32,000 nt of DNA, taken from the NCBI RefSeq assembly GCF_000011805.1, contig NC_006841.2. The stretch is one strand, 5' to 3'. The DNA is from Aliivibrio fischeri ES114. GTDB taxonomy: Bacteria > Pseudomonadota > Gammaproteobacteria > Enterobacterales > Vibrionaceae. Shown here in pieces: positions 9,169 to 18,161 of the stretch. The notes beneath the pieces were generated by a model. That model was not told the origin of the DNA and did no database searches. It was given only the letters and a program-made list of their open reading frames with translations. The first letter of the stretch is position 1. Each line of letters starts with the position of its first letter. A program made the position numbers and the translations under genes.

Positions 9169-9783
9169 ATGCGTAGATTACTGACTTTTATTCTGATACT
9201 TATTAGCAGCCAGCTACTTACTGTAAAAACTGCTTATAGCCAAACGTTACTGATTCTTGGTGACAGCTTGAGTGCAGGTTATAACATGCCAATAGAACAA
9301 AGTTGGCCTTCACTATTACCAGAGCAACTCAATGCTTTAGGTAAGCCAACCACAGTTATAAATGGCAGTATTTCAGGCGATACAACAGGTAATGGGCTAG
9401 ATCGACTACCTAATCTATTAGAACAACATAAACCTAATTATGTTCTTATTGAGTTAGGTGCCAATGATGGACTGCGTGGATTTCCACCACAGAAGATTAA
9501 TGCTAATTTAGAAAAGATATTCGCTCAAATTAAGGCGATTAATGCACAACCATTATTGATGCAAATTCAAGTACCACCTAACTATGGAAAACGATACAGC
9601 CAAGCGTTTGGATCACTTTACCCTAAATTAAGTGAAAAACACGCCATCCCTCTATTACCTTTTTTCTTAGAACAAGTAATTGTAAAACCAGAATGGATGA
9701 TGAAAGATGGATTGCACCCAAAGCCAGAAGCTCAACCTTGGATAGCGGAGTTTATGGCAAAAGAGCTGCAACCCTATTTATAA
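9169..9783 (+). CDS. tesA: SGNH hydrolase: acyl-CoA thioesterase I / lysophospholipase L1 (TesA), periplasmic
   Basis: Signal peptide followed by LILGDSLSAGY (block I), GANDG (block III) and DGLHP (block V). ATG 9169 with AAGG upstream is preferred over TTG 9154. Confidence 0.85.
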   Translation: MRRLLTFILILISSQLLTVKTAYSQTLLILGDSLSAGYNMPIEQSWPSLLPEQLNALGKPTTVINGSISGDTTGNGLDRLPNLLEQHKPNYVLIELGANDGLRGFPPQKINANLEKIFAQIKAINAQPLLMQIQVPPNYGKRYSQAFGSLYPKLSEKHAIPLLPFFLEQVIVKPEWMMKDGLHPKPEAQPWIAEFMAKELQPYL

Positions 9784-9805
9784 CCAAATTTATTCATAAA
9801 AAAAC

Positions 9806-9835
9806 AAAAAGCCCGCTTATATAAACGGGCTTTTT
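9806..9835. terminator. Bidirectional terminator between tesA and maoP
   Basis: AAAAAGCCCG-(10 nt)-CGGGCTTTTT, with an A-run and a T-run flanking a GC stem between convergent genes. Confidence 0.65.
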
Positions 9836-9842
9836 ACGTTAC

Positions 9843-10181
9843 TTACTCTGTATCATCATCGGCAGAACCATTATCGTCATCATCTGAATTATCTGATGAA
9901 CGCTGTGTTCCGCATAATGTATGAAATCTTGGCTTAAAGTTAATTTTATTTTGATACTTCAACCAACATTGCGCAAATTCTGAAGTCTCAGCAGGTAGAT
10001 GCTGTATTTGCTCAACAAATCGCAATTCTGCTTCTGATTCAGGAGCCAACGTACCGTCTAATAGAGACTGCATTGTTCGACCATAGGTTTCTAAAATCAA
10101 CGCTTCGCGGATTGTGAAACCACTGCGACTAAAACCTCGTTTGAAGTTTTTGTCATCGTAAAATTTAGTAAGAGTTCGCAT
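9843..10181 (-). CDS. maoP: Macrodomain Ori protein MaoP (YifE, DUF413)
   Basis: KRGFSRSGFTIREALILETYG and KPRFHTLCG plus an acidic tail mirror E. coli YifE. It is divergent from hdfR as in E. coli. Start set at the Met of MRTLTKFYDD; the 20 codons upstream in the ORF track are unlikely to be translated. Confidence 0.8.
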   Translation of the reverse strand: MRTLTKFYDDKNFKRGFSRSGFTIREALILETYGRTMQSLLDGTLAPESEAELRFVEQIQHLPAETSEFAQCWLKYQNKINFKPRFHTLCGTQRSSDNSDDDDNGSADDDTE

Positions 10182-10302
10182 TGATGCTTCTTCGTGACCA
10201 CAAAAAATGTATATGTAATTCAGTGCAGTCACATTGTACAACGAAAAATATTAGCGATTTCAATCAAAATATTTTATTGTGGCGGTTACCACCATCAAAG
10301 AG

Positions 10303-11172
10303 ATGATAACTTTGGATACTGATCTGCTTAAAACCTTCTTAGAAGTCACAAAAACGCGCCACTTTGGGCGTGCTGCAGAGCATTTATTTCTCACACAATC
10401 TGCCGTGAGTTTCCGTGTTCGACAGCTTGAATCACAACTAGGAAACCCATTGTTTACGCGCCAGCGCCATAATGTACAGCTAACTGCGGCAGGTGAGCGC
10501 TTACTTCCTTATGCAGAAGCAATCTTGCAAACTTGGGGAAGAGCAAAACAAGACGTTGCACTAACTGAAGATTACAACTCGCAAATCACCATCGGCGCCA
10601 GTGCATTAATCTGGGAATTTGATGGAATATCAGATTGGATAAATGGGATCTATGACACAATCTCTGGTTTAGCATTACGCCTAGAATCCATACCTCGTCA
10701 AGAGCTGGCAAAAGCATTATTAGAAAAAAGTGTCGACCTTTTCATTACTAGTGAACCACCAAAAATTGATGGTATTCGAGTATTTAAGATTCGAGATTAT
10801 CAATTACAACTCGTTTCTAGCACTCCAAACAGTACGATGGAAACCATTCAATCCATGCCATTAGTGTATTTAGATTGGGGAGCTCGGTTTGCGATTCAGC
10901 ATAGTAAAATTGCTGAACTGCAAAAAACGCCTATTTTACATACTCATTCATCAAAAATGGCGCTTGATTATTTAATGTCGCATTCAAGCATTGGTTATTT
11001 GCCAGCCCCAGTTATTAACCAAAGTGTTGATAACAAAGAGCTATACGTTGTAGAAGGCGCACCAATTATGGAGCAAGAGCTGTATTTAGTATGGCAAGAA
11101 AAAAGCGAAAAAGCAGAGCTTATTGACCAAATTACCAACATAAAACCCAAAATGGTTACCTCTAGCGTTTAA
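10303..11172 (+). CDS. hdfR: LysR-family transcriptional regulator HdfR
   Basis: LDTDLLKTFLEVTKTRHFGRAAEHLFLTQSAVSFRVRQLE closely parallels the E. coli HdfR N-terminus. The start is ambiguous: GTG 10279, ATG 10303 or TTG 10312. Confidence 0.75.
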   Translation: MITLDTDLLKTFLEVTKTRHFGRAAEHLFLTQSAVSFRVRQLESQLGNPLFTRQRHNVQLTAAGERLLPYAEAILQTWGRAKQDVALTEDYNSQITIGASALIWEFDGISDWINGIYDTISGLALRLESIPRQELAKALLEKSVDLFITSEPPKIDGIRVFKIRDYQLQLVSSTPNSTMETIQSMPLVYLDWGARFAIQHSKIAELQKTPILHTHSSKMALDYLMSHSSIGYLPAPVINQSVDNKELYVVEGAPIMEQELYLVWQEKSEKAELIDQITNIKPKMVTSSV

Positions 11173-11195
11173 CAAGCGATTCTTCGATTTACGAT

Positions 11196-11222
11196 AAGGG
11201 CTTACATAAGCCCTTTTATTTT
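11196..11222 (+). terminator. Rho-independent terminator of hdfR
   Basis: AAGGGCTT-ACAT-AAGCCCTT followed by TTATTTTG. Confidence 0.65.
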
Positions 11223-11487
11223 GTCTATTTCTATAATAAATCACTGTATTAAGTGGTTTAATTGCCTTTTCATCGTTACTATAATTATTATCTTTTTAAT
11301 CTTACTTCCATCCATGGAGTACGACATTGAACGAACATCAAGATTTATCATTCCAAATTGAACCTTATTCAAGCCGAGGACCACCAGCCAACAAATAAAG
11401 TTTTTGAGTGAGTTTTGAAGAAACCGGGCTTAGAATTACCGGGCTTCTTGTGGGCTCCGTAATTTTAAGAAAGCCTTTTCACCCAGT

Positions 11488-12696
11488 GTGAGTGAACCGT
11501 GGTGCAAATTATGGCGTCACTTGCCACTAGAGATGCACATTGAAGTATTAACGGAAATGCGTGCTGATGCTCGTGTGGCTATTCTTGAAGAATTGTCAGA
11601 AGCCGAACTAAACTTCACTTTAGCAAAACTGGATAACTTATCGTTAATTGAGTGGGCAGAATCCCTGCCTGATGATATTTTCAGCCTTGCATTACAACTT
11701 ATCAGTCGTGATGAGTTGGACTTATACGATGATGCAAAACAATATGACGACGATGAAGTTGGCCACTGGGCTGATAGAAAAATAGCAACTCTGCCTTTTA
11801 ACGTGAGCGTAGGCCGAGCTAAAAAGCTATTAAAAACCAATTTGTTTGAATCGCACCAATACATGCACTTAATCAATCGTGCCCATAAGTTTCACGGTAT
11901 TGTGCAATATACAGATATTTTAACTGCTGATGATTCAGTTAAAATTAACACATTAAAATTAGAAGATTGCTTAGTCCTTAATGTTCACCAACCACTAAGT
12001 GAGAGTATTGAAGCAATCGAACACTCAGCGGTGCCAAGTGTTGCTATTGTTGATGATGAAAACACGTTAATTGGCCAGTTAGATTGGCAGTTTGCGATTA
12101 ATACCCAACGTGAAATCTATGAAACCCGATTAATGGCCGGTACCGGTATGGACGAAGGTGATGATCTATTCTCACCTATCATCAAGAGTTCGAAAAAGCG
12201 TGGTGTGTGGTTAGGCATTAACTTGCTTACTGCTATTTTAGCGTCGATTACTATCGGTTTATTTGAAGATGTCATTACCCAAGTCGTTGCTCTAGCGGTA
12301 TTAATGCCGATTGTGGCCTCTATGGGAGGGATTGCAGGTAGCCAAACCTTAACGCTCATGGTTCGTGCAATGGCACTAAACCAAGTTACCGCTGGTAACC
12401 GTTTTGCCTTGTTAAAAAATGAATTAGGTATTGGCTCCATCAACGGATTGCTATGGTCGTTAATCATCGGTGGTATTGCTGGTGCGTGGTTCCAATCTTT
12501 TGCTTTGGGTGCCACGATTTCACTGGCTATCATTGTCAATATCGTTACCGCAGCACTATTTGGAGTACTTATTCCTATCACGCTAGATAAGTTTAAACTT
12601 GATCCTGCACTGGCTGGTTCAGTTATCCTAACCACAGTAACTGATGTAGTTGGCTTCTTTGCTTTCTTAGGTACAGCAAGCCTAGTAATGATGTAA
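11488..12696 (+). CDS. mgtE: Magnesium transporter MgtE (short N-terminus)
   Basis: The expected domain order is present: an MgtE_N-like region, a CBS pair region, then the TM domain. TM-domain motifs are LMPIVASMGGIAGSQTLTLMVRAMAL and TVTDVVGFFAFLG. The only in-frame start after the TAG at 11431 is GTG 11488, which has no obvious SD. ATG 11533 is an alternative. Confidence 0.8.
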   Translation: MSEPWCKLWRHLPLEMHIEVLTEMRADARVAILEELSEAELNFTLAKLDNLSLIEWAESLPDDIFSLALQLISRDELDLYDDAKQYDDDEVGHWADRKIATLPFNVSVGRAKKLLKTNLFESHQYMHLINRAHKFHGIVQYTDILTADDSVKINTLKLEDCLVLNVHQPLSESIEAIEHSAVPSVAIVDDENTLIGQLDWQFAINTQREIYETRLMAGTGMDEGDDLFSPIIKSSKKRGVWLGINLLTAILASITIGLFEDVITQVVALAVLMPIVASMGGIAGSQTLTLMVRAMALNQVTAGNRFALLKNELGIGSINGLLWSLIIGGIAGAWFQSFALGATISLAIIVNIVTAALFGVLIPITLDKFKLDPALAGSVILTTVTDVVGFFAFLGTASLVMM

Positions 12697-12715
12697 AGTA
12701 AACCTCTGTAAAATC

Positions 12716-12750
12716 CCCTCTCTGAATTGATATAAGCAAATCAGAGAGGG
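12716..12750. terminator. Hairpin between convergent mgtE and the LysR gene (probable bidirectional terminator)
   Basis: 10-bp perfect stem CCCTCTCTGA / TCAGAGAGGG with a 15-nt loop. Flanking T/A runs are weak. Confidence 0.45.
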
Positions 12751-12758
12751 TTCTAATC

Positions 12759-13688
12759 TCACTTACCACCGTTTTTCATAGTCTCAAATCTCTCCAAAAG
12801 AAAATCTAAGAATAACCGGATACGTTTTGGCTGATATTTTTTACTCATGTATACCACATTAAGATCAGCACTTGATACAGATGTCGATGTATTAAAATTG
12901 GCCATATATCCATTAAGAACAGTAACAAGGCGTCGATTATTAATGTCATCTTGCACATCTAATATGGATTTTAATGCTATCCCAGCCCCTTCAAGAGCCC
13001 AATAACGTACAACTTCTCCATCATCTGAAAATCGCTTAGGTAAAACAGTAATAACATTCTTTTTATCAGAGCCTTGGAAATGCCATGTTTTTAATTCCTC
13101 ATGGCTACGAACCATCGCAAGACAATGATGATTAATCAAATCTTGTGGAGTTAAAGGCGTCCCATACTTAGCTAAATAGTCAGGTGATGCACACAACACT
13201 CGATGGCTAGATGATAATCGTCGAGATATCAAACTGCTATCGGCCAGTTCACCATATCGAACGACAATATCTATGCCTGATTCGGCAATATTTGAAACAT
13301 CATCATTCAAATATAAATATGGCACTACGTCTGGGTATTTTTCACAAAATTCAGACAAGATAGGAAGAATATATTGCTTACCAATGTCTTTAGGCGCTGC
13401 CACTCTTAACGCACCTTTAACCTCTTTAACTCCGTTTAAAATCAAATTCTCGGTTTCGTTTACATTATCTAAAATTTCAAGACTGGCTTTGTAATAAAGC
13501 TCCCCCGCATCGGTTAGAGACACATGTCGTGTACTGCGATTTAGTAATTTCACTCGATATCTTTCTTCAAGAGCTTGAAGTCTGGCTGTCATCGTTGCAG
13601 GTGATAAACCAAGCTCTCGCCCTGCTGCCGCTAAGCCTTGATGCTTTACGATACTCACAAACATCGTCATATCAGAAAACTTATCCAT
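12759..13688 (-). CDS. LysR-family transcriptional regulator
   Basis: N-terminal wHTH region FVSIVKHQGLAAAGRELGLSPATMTARLQALEERYRVKLLNRSTR plus a LysR substrate-binding domain. Divergent from the OYE gene. Confidence 0.85.
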   Translation of the reverse strand: MDKFSDMTMFVSIVKHQGLAAAGRELGLSPATMTARLQALEERYRVKLLNRSTRHVSLTDAGELYYKASLEILDNVNETENLILNGVKEVKGALRVAAPKDIGKQYILPILSEFCEKYPDVVPYLYLNDDVSNIAESGIDIVVRYGELADSSLISRRLSSSHRVLCASPDYLAKYGTPLTPQDLINHHCLAMVRSHEELKTWHFQGSDKKNVITVLPKRFSDDGEVVRYWALEGAGIALKSILDVQDDINNRRLVTVLNGYMANFNTSTSVSSADLNVVYMSKKYQPKRIRLFLDFLLERFETMKNGGK

Positions 13689-13716
13689 CTATCGCCCCTT
13701 TAATTTTACGAATACA

Positions 13717-13741
13717 CATTATTCAGATTTTCCGAATAATG
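13717..13741. promoter_or_regulatory. Candidate LysR operator (dyad with a T-N11-A core) in the divergent promoter region
   Basis: CATTATTC-N9-GAATAATG has perfect 8-bp arms. T13723 and A13735 form a T-N11-A core. It lies 29-53 bp upstream of the LysR start. Confidence 0.4.
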
Positions 13742-13832
13742 ATTTTATATATTACTCAATTATCAAAATAAATCGAATGAATATACTAGTTGCCATTAGG
13801 TCACAACAAGAAAGAAATTAAAGGCTATCCAT

Positions 13833-14954
13833 ATGAATCACAAAACATTATTTGAAAAAACATATTTAAAAAATATCACATTACAAAATCGAATCGTCAT
13901 GGCTCCAATGACTCGTGCTCGCACAAGCCAACCCGGTAACATTCCAAATGACATGATGGCAACTTATTACAAACAACGTGCAACTGCCGGTCTCATTATT
14001 TCCGAAGCTACTCAAATTTCAGATGACTCTCAAGGTTATTCATTTACTCCAGGCGTTTATACTGATGAGCATGTTAAAGGGTGGCAACCTATCACTAGCG
14101 CAGCTCATAAAGAAGGGGCTGCGATATTCTGTCAGCTATGGCATGTTGGCCGAGTATCTCACCCAATATTTCAAAAAGGAGGACTGCCTATCGCACCATC
14201 TGCTCTTGCTCCTGTCGAAACTAAAGTATGGATCTCTGACGAAGAAGGCAATGGCAAAATGGTTGATTGCATTCAACCACGAGCTATGACTCAAGACGAT
14301 ATTGATCGTGTTATTCAAGATTTTGCCTATTCAGCTAAACGAGCAATCGAAGCGGGTTTTGATGGTATTGAGATCCACGGAGGAAATGGGTATTTGATTG
14401 ATCAATTTCTTCGTACCAATTCAAATCATCGCACTGATAAATATGGCGATACTCGAGAAAATCGTATTCGCTTTCTACTTGAAGTTGTTGATGCAGTAAG
14501 TAAAGAAATTGGTTCCGATAAAGTTGGGGTTCGCCTTGCTCCATTTATCACATTTAAAGACATGGATTGTCCAGACATCGTACCTACGATTCTTGATGCA
14601 TCAAGAGAGTTGCAATCACGTAATATTGCTTACTTGCATTTATCTGAAGCTGATTGGGACGATGCGCCGGTTATTCCTGAAAATTTTCGTATTGAACTAA
14701 GAAAATTGTTCTCCAATACGATAATAGTCGCAGGTAGTTACACGCAAGAACGCGCCAATGAAATTCTCAACAAAGGTTATGCTGACCTTGTGGCTTTTGG
14801 CCGTCCGTTCGTATCCAACCCAGACTTAGTATCACGCCTAAAAAACAATTATGAGCTAGCGGCACTAGACGGTAATACTTTATTTGGCGGTAATGCGAAA
14901 GGTTATATTGATTACCCAGTCTACAATACAAAAGTACTCGAGGTGGAGGTATGA
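13833..14954 (+). CDS. nemA: Old Yellow Enzyme family NADH:flavin oxidoreductase (N-ethylmaleimide reductase-like)
   Basis: Collinear by eye with E. coli NemA: MAPMTRAR, ATAGLIISEATQIS, CQLWHVGRVSH, GFDGIEIHGGNGYLIDQFL, SNHRTDKYGD, AFGRPFVSNPDLV. Confidence 0.8.
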   Translation: MNHKTLFEKTYLKNITLQNRIVMAPMTRARTSQPGNIPNDMMATYYKQRATAGLIISEATQISDDSQGYSFTPGVYTDEHVKGWQPITSAAHKEGAAIFCQLWHVGRVSHPIFQKGGLPIAPSALAPVETKVWISDEEGNGKMVDCIQPRAMTQDDIDRVIQDFAYSAKRAIEAGFDGIEIHGGNGYLIDQFLRTNSNHRTDKYGDTRENRIRFLLEVVDAVSKEIGSDKVGVRLAPFITFKDMDCPDIVPTILDASRELQSRNIAYLHLSEADWDDAPVIPENFRIELRKLFSNTIIVAGSYTQERANEILNKGYADLVAFGRPFVSNPDLVSRLKNNYELAALDGNTLFGGNAKGYIDYPVYNTKVLEVEV

Positions 14955-15742
14955 AAAACAAAATAATACTTGGTGTCACTGATCTTTCTTTTCATCGAAT
15001 AACTGCATCCATCATCTCACATATTTTAATTAATATGGGTTTTGATGTTGAACGTATTTATTCTCCGCATCAAGACAATTTTACAAAGTTGAAATCAGGG
15101 GAGGTTGATATGATCGCTTCTGCTTGGCTTCCCTCTAGTCATGGAATATATAAAGCTGATGTAGAAGAAAAAGTTGAATTGCTTGAATTAGGGTTACATT
15201 ACAAACCATACGCTCTTTGGGGTATTCCTGATTACATCCCAGAAAGTGCGGTATCTGAAATAAAAGATTTACTGAAGCCTAACATACTTTCTCGTATGAA
15301 TAGGAGAATTCAAGGTATTAATCCCGGAGCCGGAATTACTCGATTTTCGATCAAAATGATGAATTCATATGGTTTAACCCGTGCGGGTTACACCTTCTAT
15401 ACTGGAAGTGAAGAAGACTGTTTCACCGCATTTGAAGCAGCTATCGAGAATAAAGAATGGGTTGTTGTTCCATTATGGAAGCCACAATTTCTACATCATA
15501 AACACAATATTCGTGAAATTTCTGAGCCAAAAGGATTATTAGGGGTTATTGATCGTGCAGTTTTATTACTTCGACAAGATAAGTCTATTGACTTTACTCA
15601 AGAACAAATTAAACAATTAGATTCACTTAAATTCTCTAATGAAATTATCGCCGCGCTCGATTATCAAGTTTCCCGAGAAGGAAAAGCAATTGATGAAGTT
15701 ACCAAGCAATGGCTAATCAACCATCATGATCGAAACGAATAA
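14951..15742 (+). CDS. Cytoplasmic (signal-less) OpuAC/ProX-type glycine-betaine-binding-domain protein
   Basis: 263 aa. Starts directly with the IILGV strand, with no signal peptide or lipobox. Carries the SBP-like motif GEVDMIASAWLP plus further conserved-looking Trp (ALWGIPDY, PLWKPQF). GGAGG Shine-Dalgarno. The start overlaps the nemA stop (ATGA at 14951-14954). Confidence 0.65.
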   Translation: MKNKIILGVTDLSFHRITASIISHILINMGFDVERIYSPHQDNFTKLKSGEVDMIASAWLPSSHGIYKADVEEKVELLELGLHYKPYALWGIPDYIPESAVSEIKDLLKPNILSRMNRRIQGINPGAGITRFSIKMMNSYGLTRAGYTFYTGSEEDCFTAFEAAIENKEWVVVPLWKPQFLHHKHNIREISEPKGLLGVIDRAVLLLRQDKSIDFTQEQIKQLDSLKFSNEIIAALDYQVSREGKAIDEVTKQWLINHHDRNE

Positions 15743-15767
15743 TACAGTTATCTAAAACTAAATCATA

Positions 15768-15803
15768 AAAAACGCCTAAAGAATATCACCTTAGGCGTTT
15801 TAT
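15768..15803. terminator. Bidirectional terminator between the OpuAC-like gene and usp
   Basis: AACGCCTAA-(11 nt)-TTAGGCGTT with an upstream A-run and a downstream TTTATTT. Confidence 0.65.
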
Positions 15804-15817
15804 TTATATATCAATAA

Positions 15818-16663
15818 TTAACGTATTAACAATAAAGGTACTTCACTTTTTATTAATACCTTAGTTGTGTTGCTTCCTAAAAAAAACTGTCTTAACGTTG
15901 AATGACCATAAGCCCCCATCACCATCATGCCAATTTGATGATCTTTCTGGTACTTCAATAACGCCTCATCAACAGAACCTGACAGTATGTCTTCATGAAC
16001 ACTAAGCCCTGCATTTTTCAATTTAATCGCCGCCTTCTCAAAAGCCGCACTTTTTGCTGCAAAGTCATCTACCATCACGAAATGGCAATCTAACCCAAAA
16101 AGCAGAGGTGTTTTAATCGCTTTTTCAATCAGCTTTTCACTCGTTGGACTACCATCAAAAGCAATCAGATAAGACGTAGGAATAGAAAATGGAGAAGTAA
16201 CTACTAACGTATGAGATTTGATAGAACGGATGATACTCTCAAGTTGAGAACCTATCGTCTTATTACTACTCTGATCTTCTCCTAGTTTACCAATAACCAA
16301 TACTCTAAGTTGGTTTTCTAAATCAATCAGACTTTCAAGTAAGCTCCCATGACGCTGCAATTGCTCAACATTAGTAAGGCCTTTTTTGATTACCCATTCA
16401 GTCGCTTCTTCTAGCAATTTTTTTCCATGCTTGAGTGCCACCTTACTGCGGGCTTCATCCAATTCGGCAAGTTCATTAAGCAATTCTTCTTGGCTGCCTA
16501 ATCCTATTTGACCAGAGAATTCGCTCACAACCGGTCTCATCGTTTTATCAAGAGCATGTAATAAGATAAGCGGAGCATTAATCTTAGATGCAACCCATGC
16601 ACTCGCTTCACATGTCGCGAAGGTTGTAGGGGAACCGTCAATACAAGCTATTATATTTTTCAT
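15818..16663 (-). CDS. Tandem-domain universal stress protein (UspA/UspE type)
   Basis: 281 aa with two Usp-like halves (ILLHAL... and MMVMGAYGHSTLRQFFLGSNTTKVL). Sits 10 nt downstream of sulP, and its SD overlaps the sulP stop. Confidence 0.8.
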   Translation of the reverse strand: MKNIIACIDGSPTTFATCEASAWVASKINAPLILLHALDKTMRPVVSEFSGQIGLGSQEELLNELAELDEARSKVALKHGKKLLEEATEWVIKKGLTNVEQLQRHGSLLESLIDLENQLRVLVIGKLGEDQSSNKTIGSQLESIIRSIKSHTLVVTSPFSIPTSYLIAFDGSPTSEKLIEKAIKTPLLFGLDCHFVMVDDFAAKSAAFEKAAIKLKNAGLSVHEDILSGSVDEALLKYQKDHQIGMMVMGAYGHSTLRQFFLGSNTTKVLIKSEVPLLLIR

Positions 16664-16673
16664 TCTTCAATCC

Positions 16674-18161
16674 TTAATGTCCGGCCAATAGTTTTTCAAC
16701 TTCTTCAGGTTTATCATGCACACCAAATTTATCAACAATAGTCTTGGTTGCTTGGTTCATTCCAATAAGCTCTACTTGCGTCCCTTCTCTACGGAACTTG
16801 ACCACCACTTTATCCAAGGCTGATGCCGAGGTGATATCCCAAAAATGAGCCGCTGATAAATCAATCGTCACACATTCGATCACTTCTTTAAAATCAAAGG
16901 AAGCAATAAATTTATCCGATGAAGCAAAAAACACTTGTCCTATTACAATATATTCACGCGACTTGGTCTCTTCCGAGTTATTTTTTATTACCATCATCCT
17001 ACTGATTTTATTAGCAAAGAATAGTGAAGCAAGCAACACACCAACCAGAACCCCAATGGCTAAGTTATGCGTCATTACCACAATAATCACTGTGACTAAC
17101 ATAACAATGTTTGTCGATAATGGGTGTTTTTTCAAATCAGTAATTGAGCGCCATGAGAAAGTACCAATCGCAACCATGATCATCACTGATACCAAAGCAG
17201 CCATCGGAATTTGCTTTAACCAAGGTCCAAGAAAAACTACCATAATCAATAAAAACACGCCTGCTGACAGCGTAGATAATCGTCCACGTCCACCAGATTT
17301 TATATTAATCATTGATTGTCCGATCATCGCACAACCTGCCATACCACCAAGAAACCCCGTAAAGATATTAGCAATACCTTGACCTTTGCACTCTCGGTTC
17401 TTATCGCTGCTTGTATCTGTTAAATCATCAACAATCGTCGCTGTCATCATTGACTCTAGTAGCCCCACCACCGCTAGGCCAAGTGAGTATGGCAATACAA
17501 TCAATAAAGTATTTAGGTTTAAAGGCACATCAGGCCAAAGGAAAATCGGCAATGTATCAGGCAGATGTCCCATATCGCCTACAGTGCGAACATCGATTCC
17601 AAACCAAATACTAATAATGGTTAATGCGATAATACACACTAAAGGAGAAGGTATTAATTTCCCGATCACTGGGAGGTATGGGAACAAATAGATAATCCCT
17701 AAACCAGCAACAGTCATCGCATATACATGCCATGTCACATCAGTTAATTCGGGTAATTGTGCCATAAAGATTAATATAGCTAACGCATTTACAAACCCAG
17801 TAACAACAGATCGTGATACAAAACGCATCAAGCTACCTAACTTTAAGTAACCTGCTAATATTTGAAATACTCCAGTCAACACTGTAGCAGCAAGCAAATA
17901 CTCCAATCCGTGTTCTTTTACTAAAGTAACCATTAATAAAGCCATTGCTCCTGTTGCTGCGGAGATCATCCCAGAGCGACCTCCAGCAAACGCAATAACA
18001 ACAGAGATACTGAACGAGGCATACAAGCCAACTTTTGGATCAACACCTGCAATAATAGAAAAAGCGATTGCTTCAGGGATTAAAGCAAGAGCAACAACGA
18101 TACCCGCAAGGAGATCACCACGGATATTAGACATCCAGTCAATTTTGAAATTTTTAAACAT
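16674..18161 (-). CDS. SulP-family inorganic anion transporter with a C-terminal STAS domain
   Basis: N-terminal [26 protein letters not shown], many TM segments, and a C-terminal STAS region ([14 protein letters not shown]...[11 protein letters not shown]). Confidence 0.9.
   Translation of the reverse strand: MFKNFKIDWMSNIRGDLLAGIVVALALIPEAIAFSIIAGVDPKVGLYASFSISVVIAFAGGRSGMISAATGAMALLMVTLVKEHGLEYLLAATVLTGVFQILAGYLKLGSLMRFVSRSVVTGFVNALAILIFMAQLPELTDVTWHVYAMTVAGLGIIYLFPYLPVIGKLIPSPLVCIIALTIISIWFGIDVRTVGDMGHLPDTLPIFLWPDVPLNLNTLLIVLPYSLGLAVVGLLESMMTATIVDDLTDTSSDKNRECKGQGIANIFTGFLGGMAGCAMIGQSMINIKSGGRGRLSTLSAGVFLLIMVVFLGPWLKQIPMAALVSVMIMVAIGTFSWRSITDLKKHPLSTNIVMLVTVIIVVMTHNLAIGVLVGVLLASLFFANKISRMMVIKNNSEETKSREYIVIGQVFFASSDKFIASFDFKEVIECVTIDLSAAHFWDITSASALDKVVVKFRREGTQVELIGMNQATKTIVDKFGVHDKPEEVEKLLAGH

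Noticed and set aside
11173-11487. M-box (ykoK) magnesium riboswitch upstream of mgtE
   Set aside because: I could not find the conserved M-box elements I remember (for example GUUAGGUGAGGCU near the 5' side) on the coding strand. The leader is kept as an unexplained finding, not as an M-box.
11221-11490. Possibility that mgtE is a frameshifted pseudogene with its N-terminus in another frame
   Set aside because: I translated all three forward frames upstream of 11488. They give only short stop-interrupted peptides (for example MEYDIERTSRFIIPN*) with no MgtE_N-like sequence. There is no evidence of a decayed N-terminal exon.
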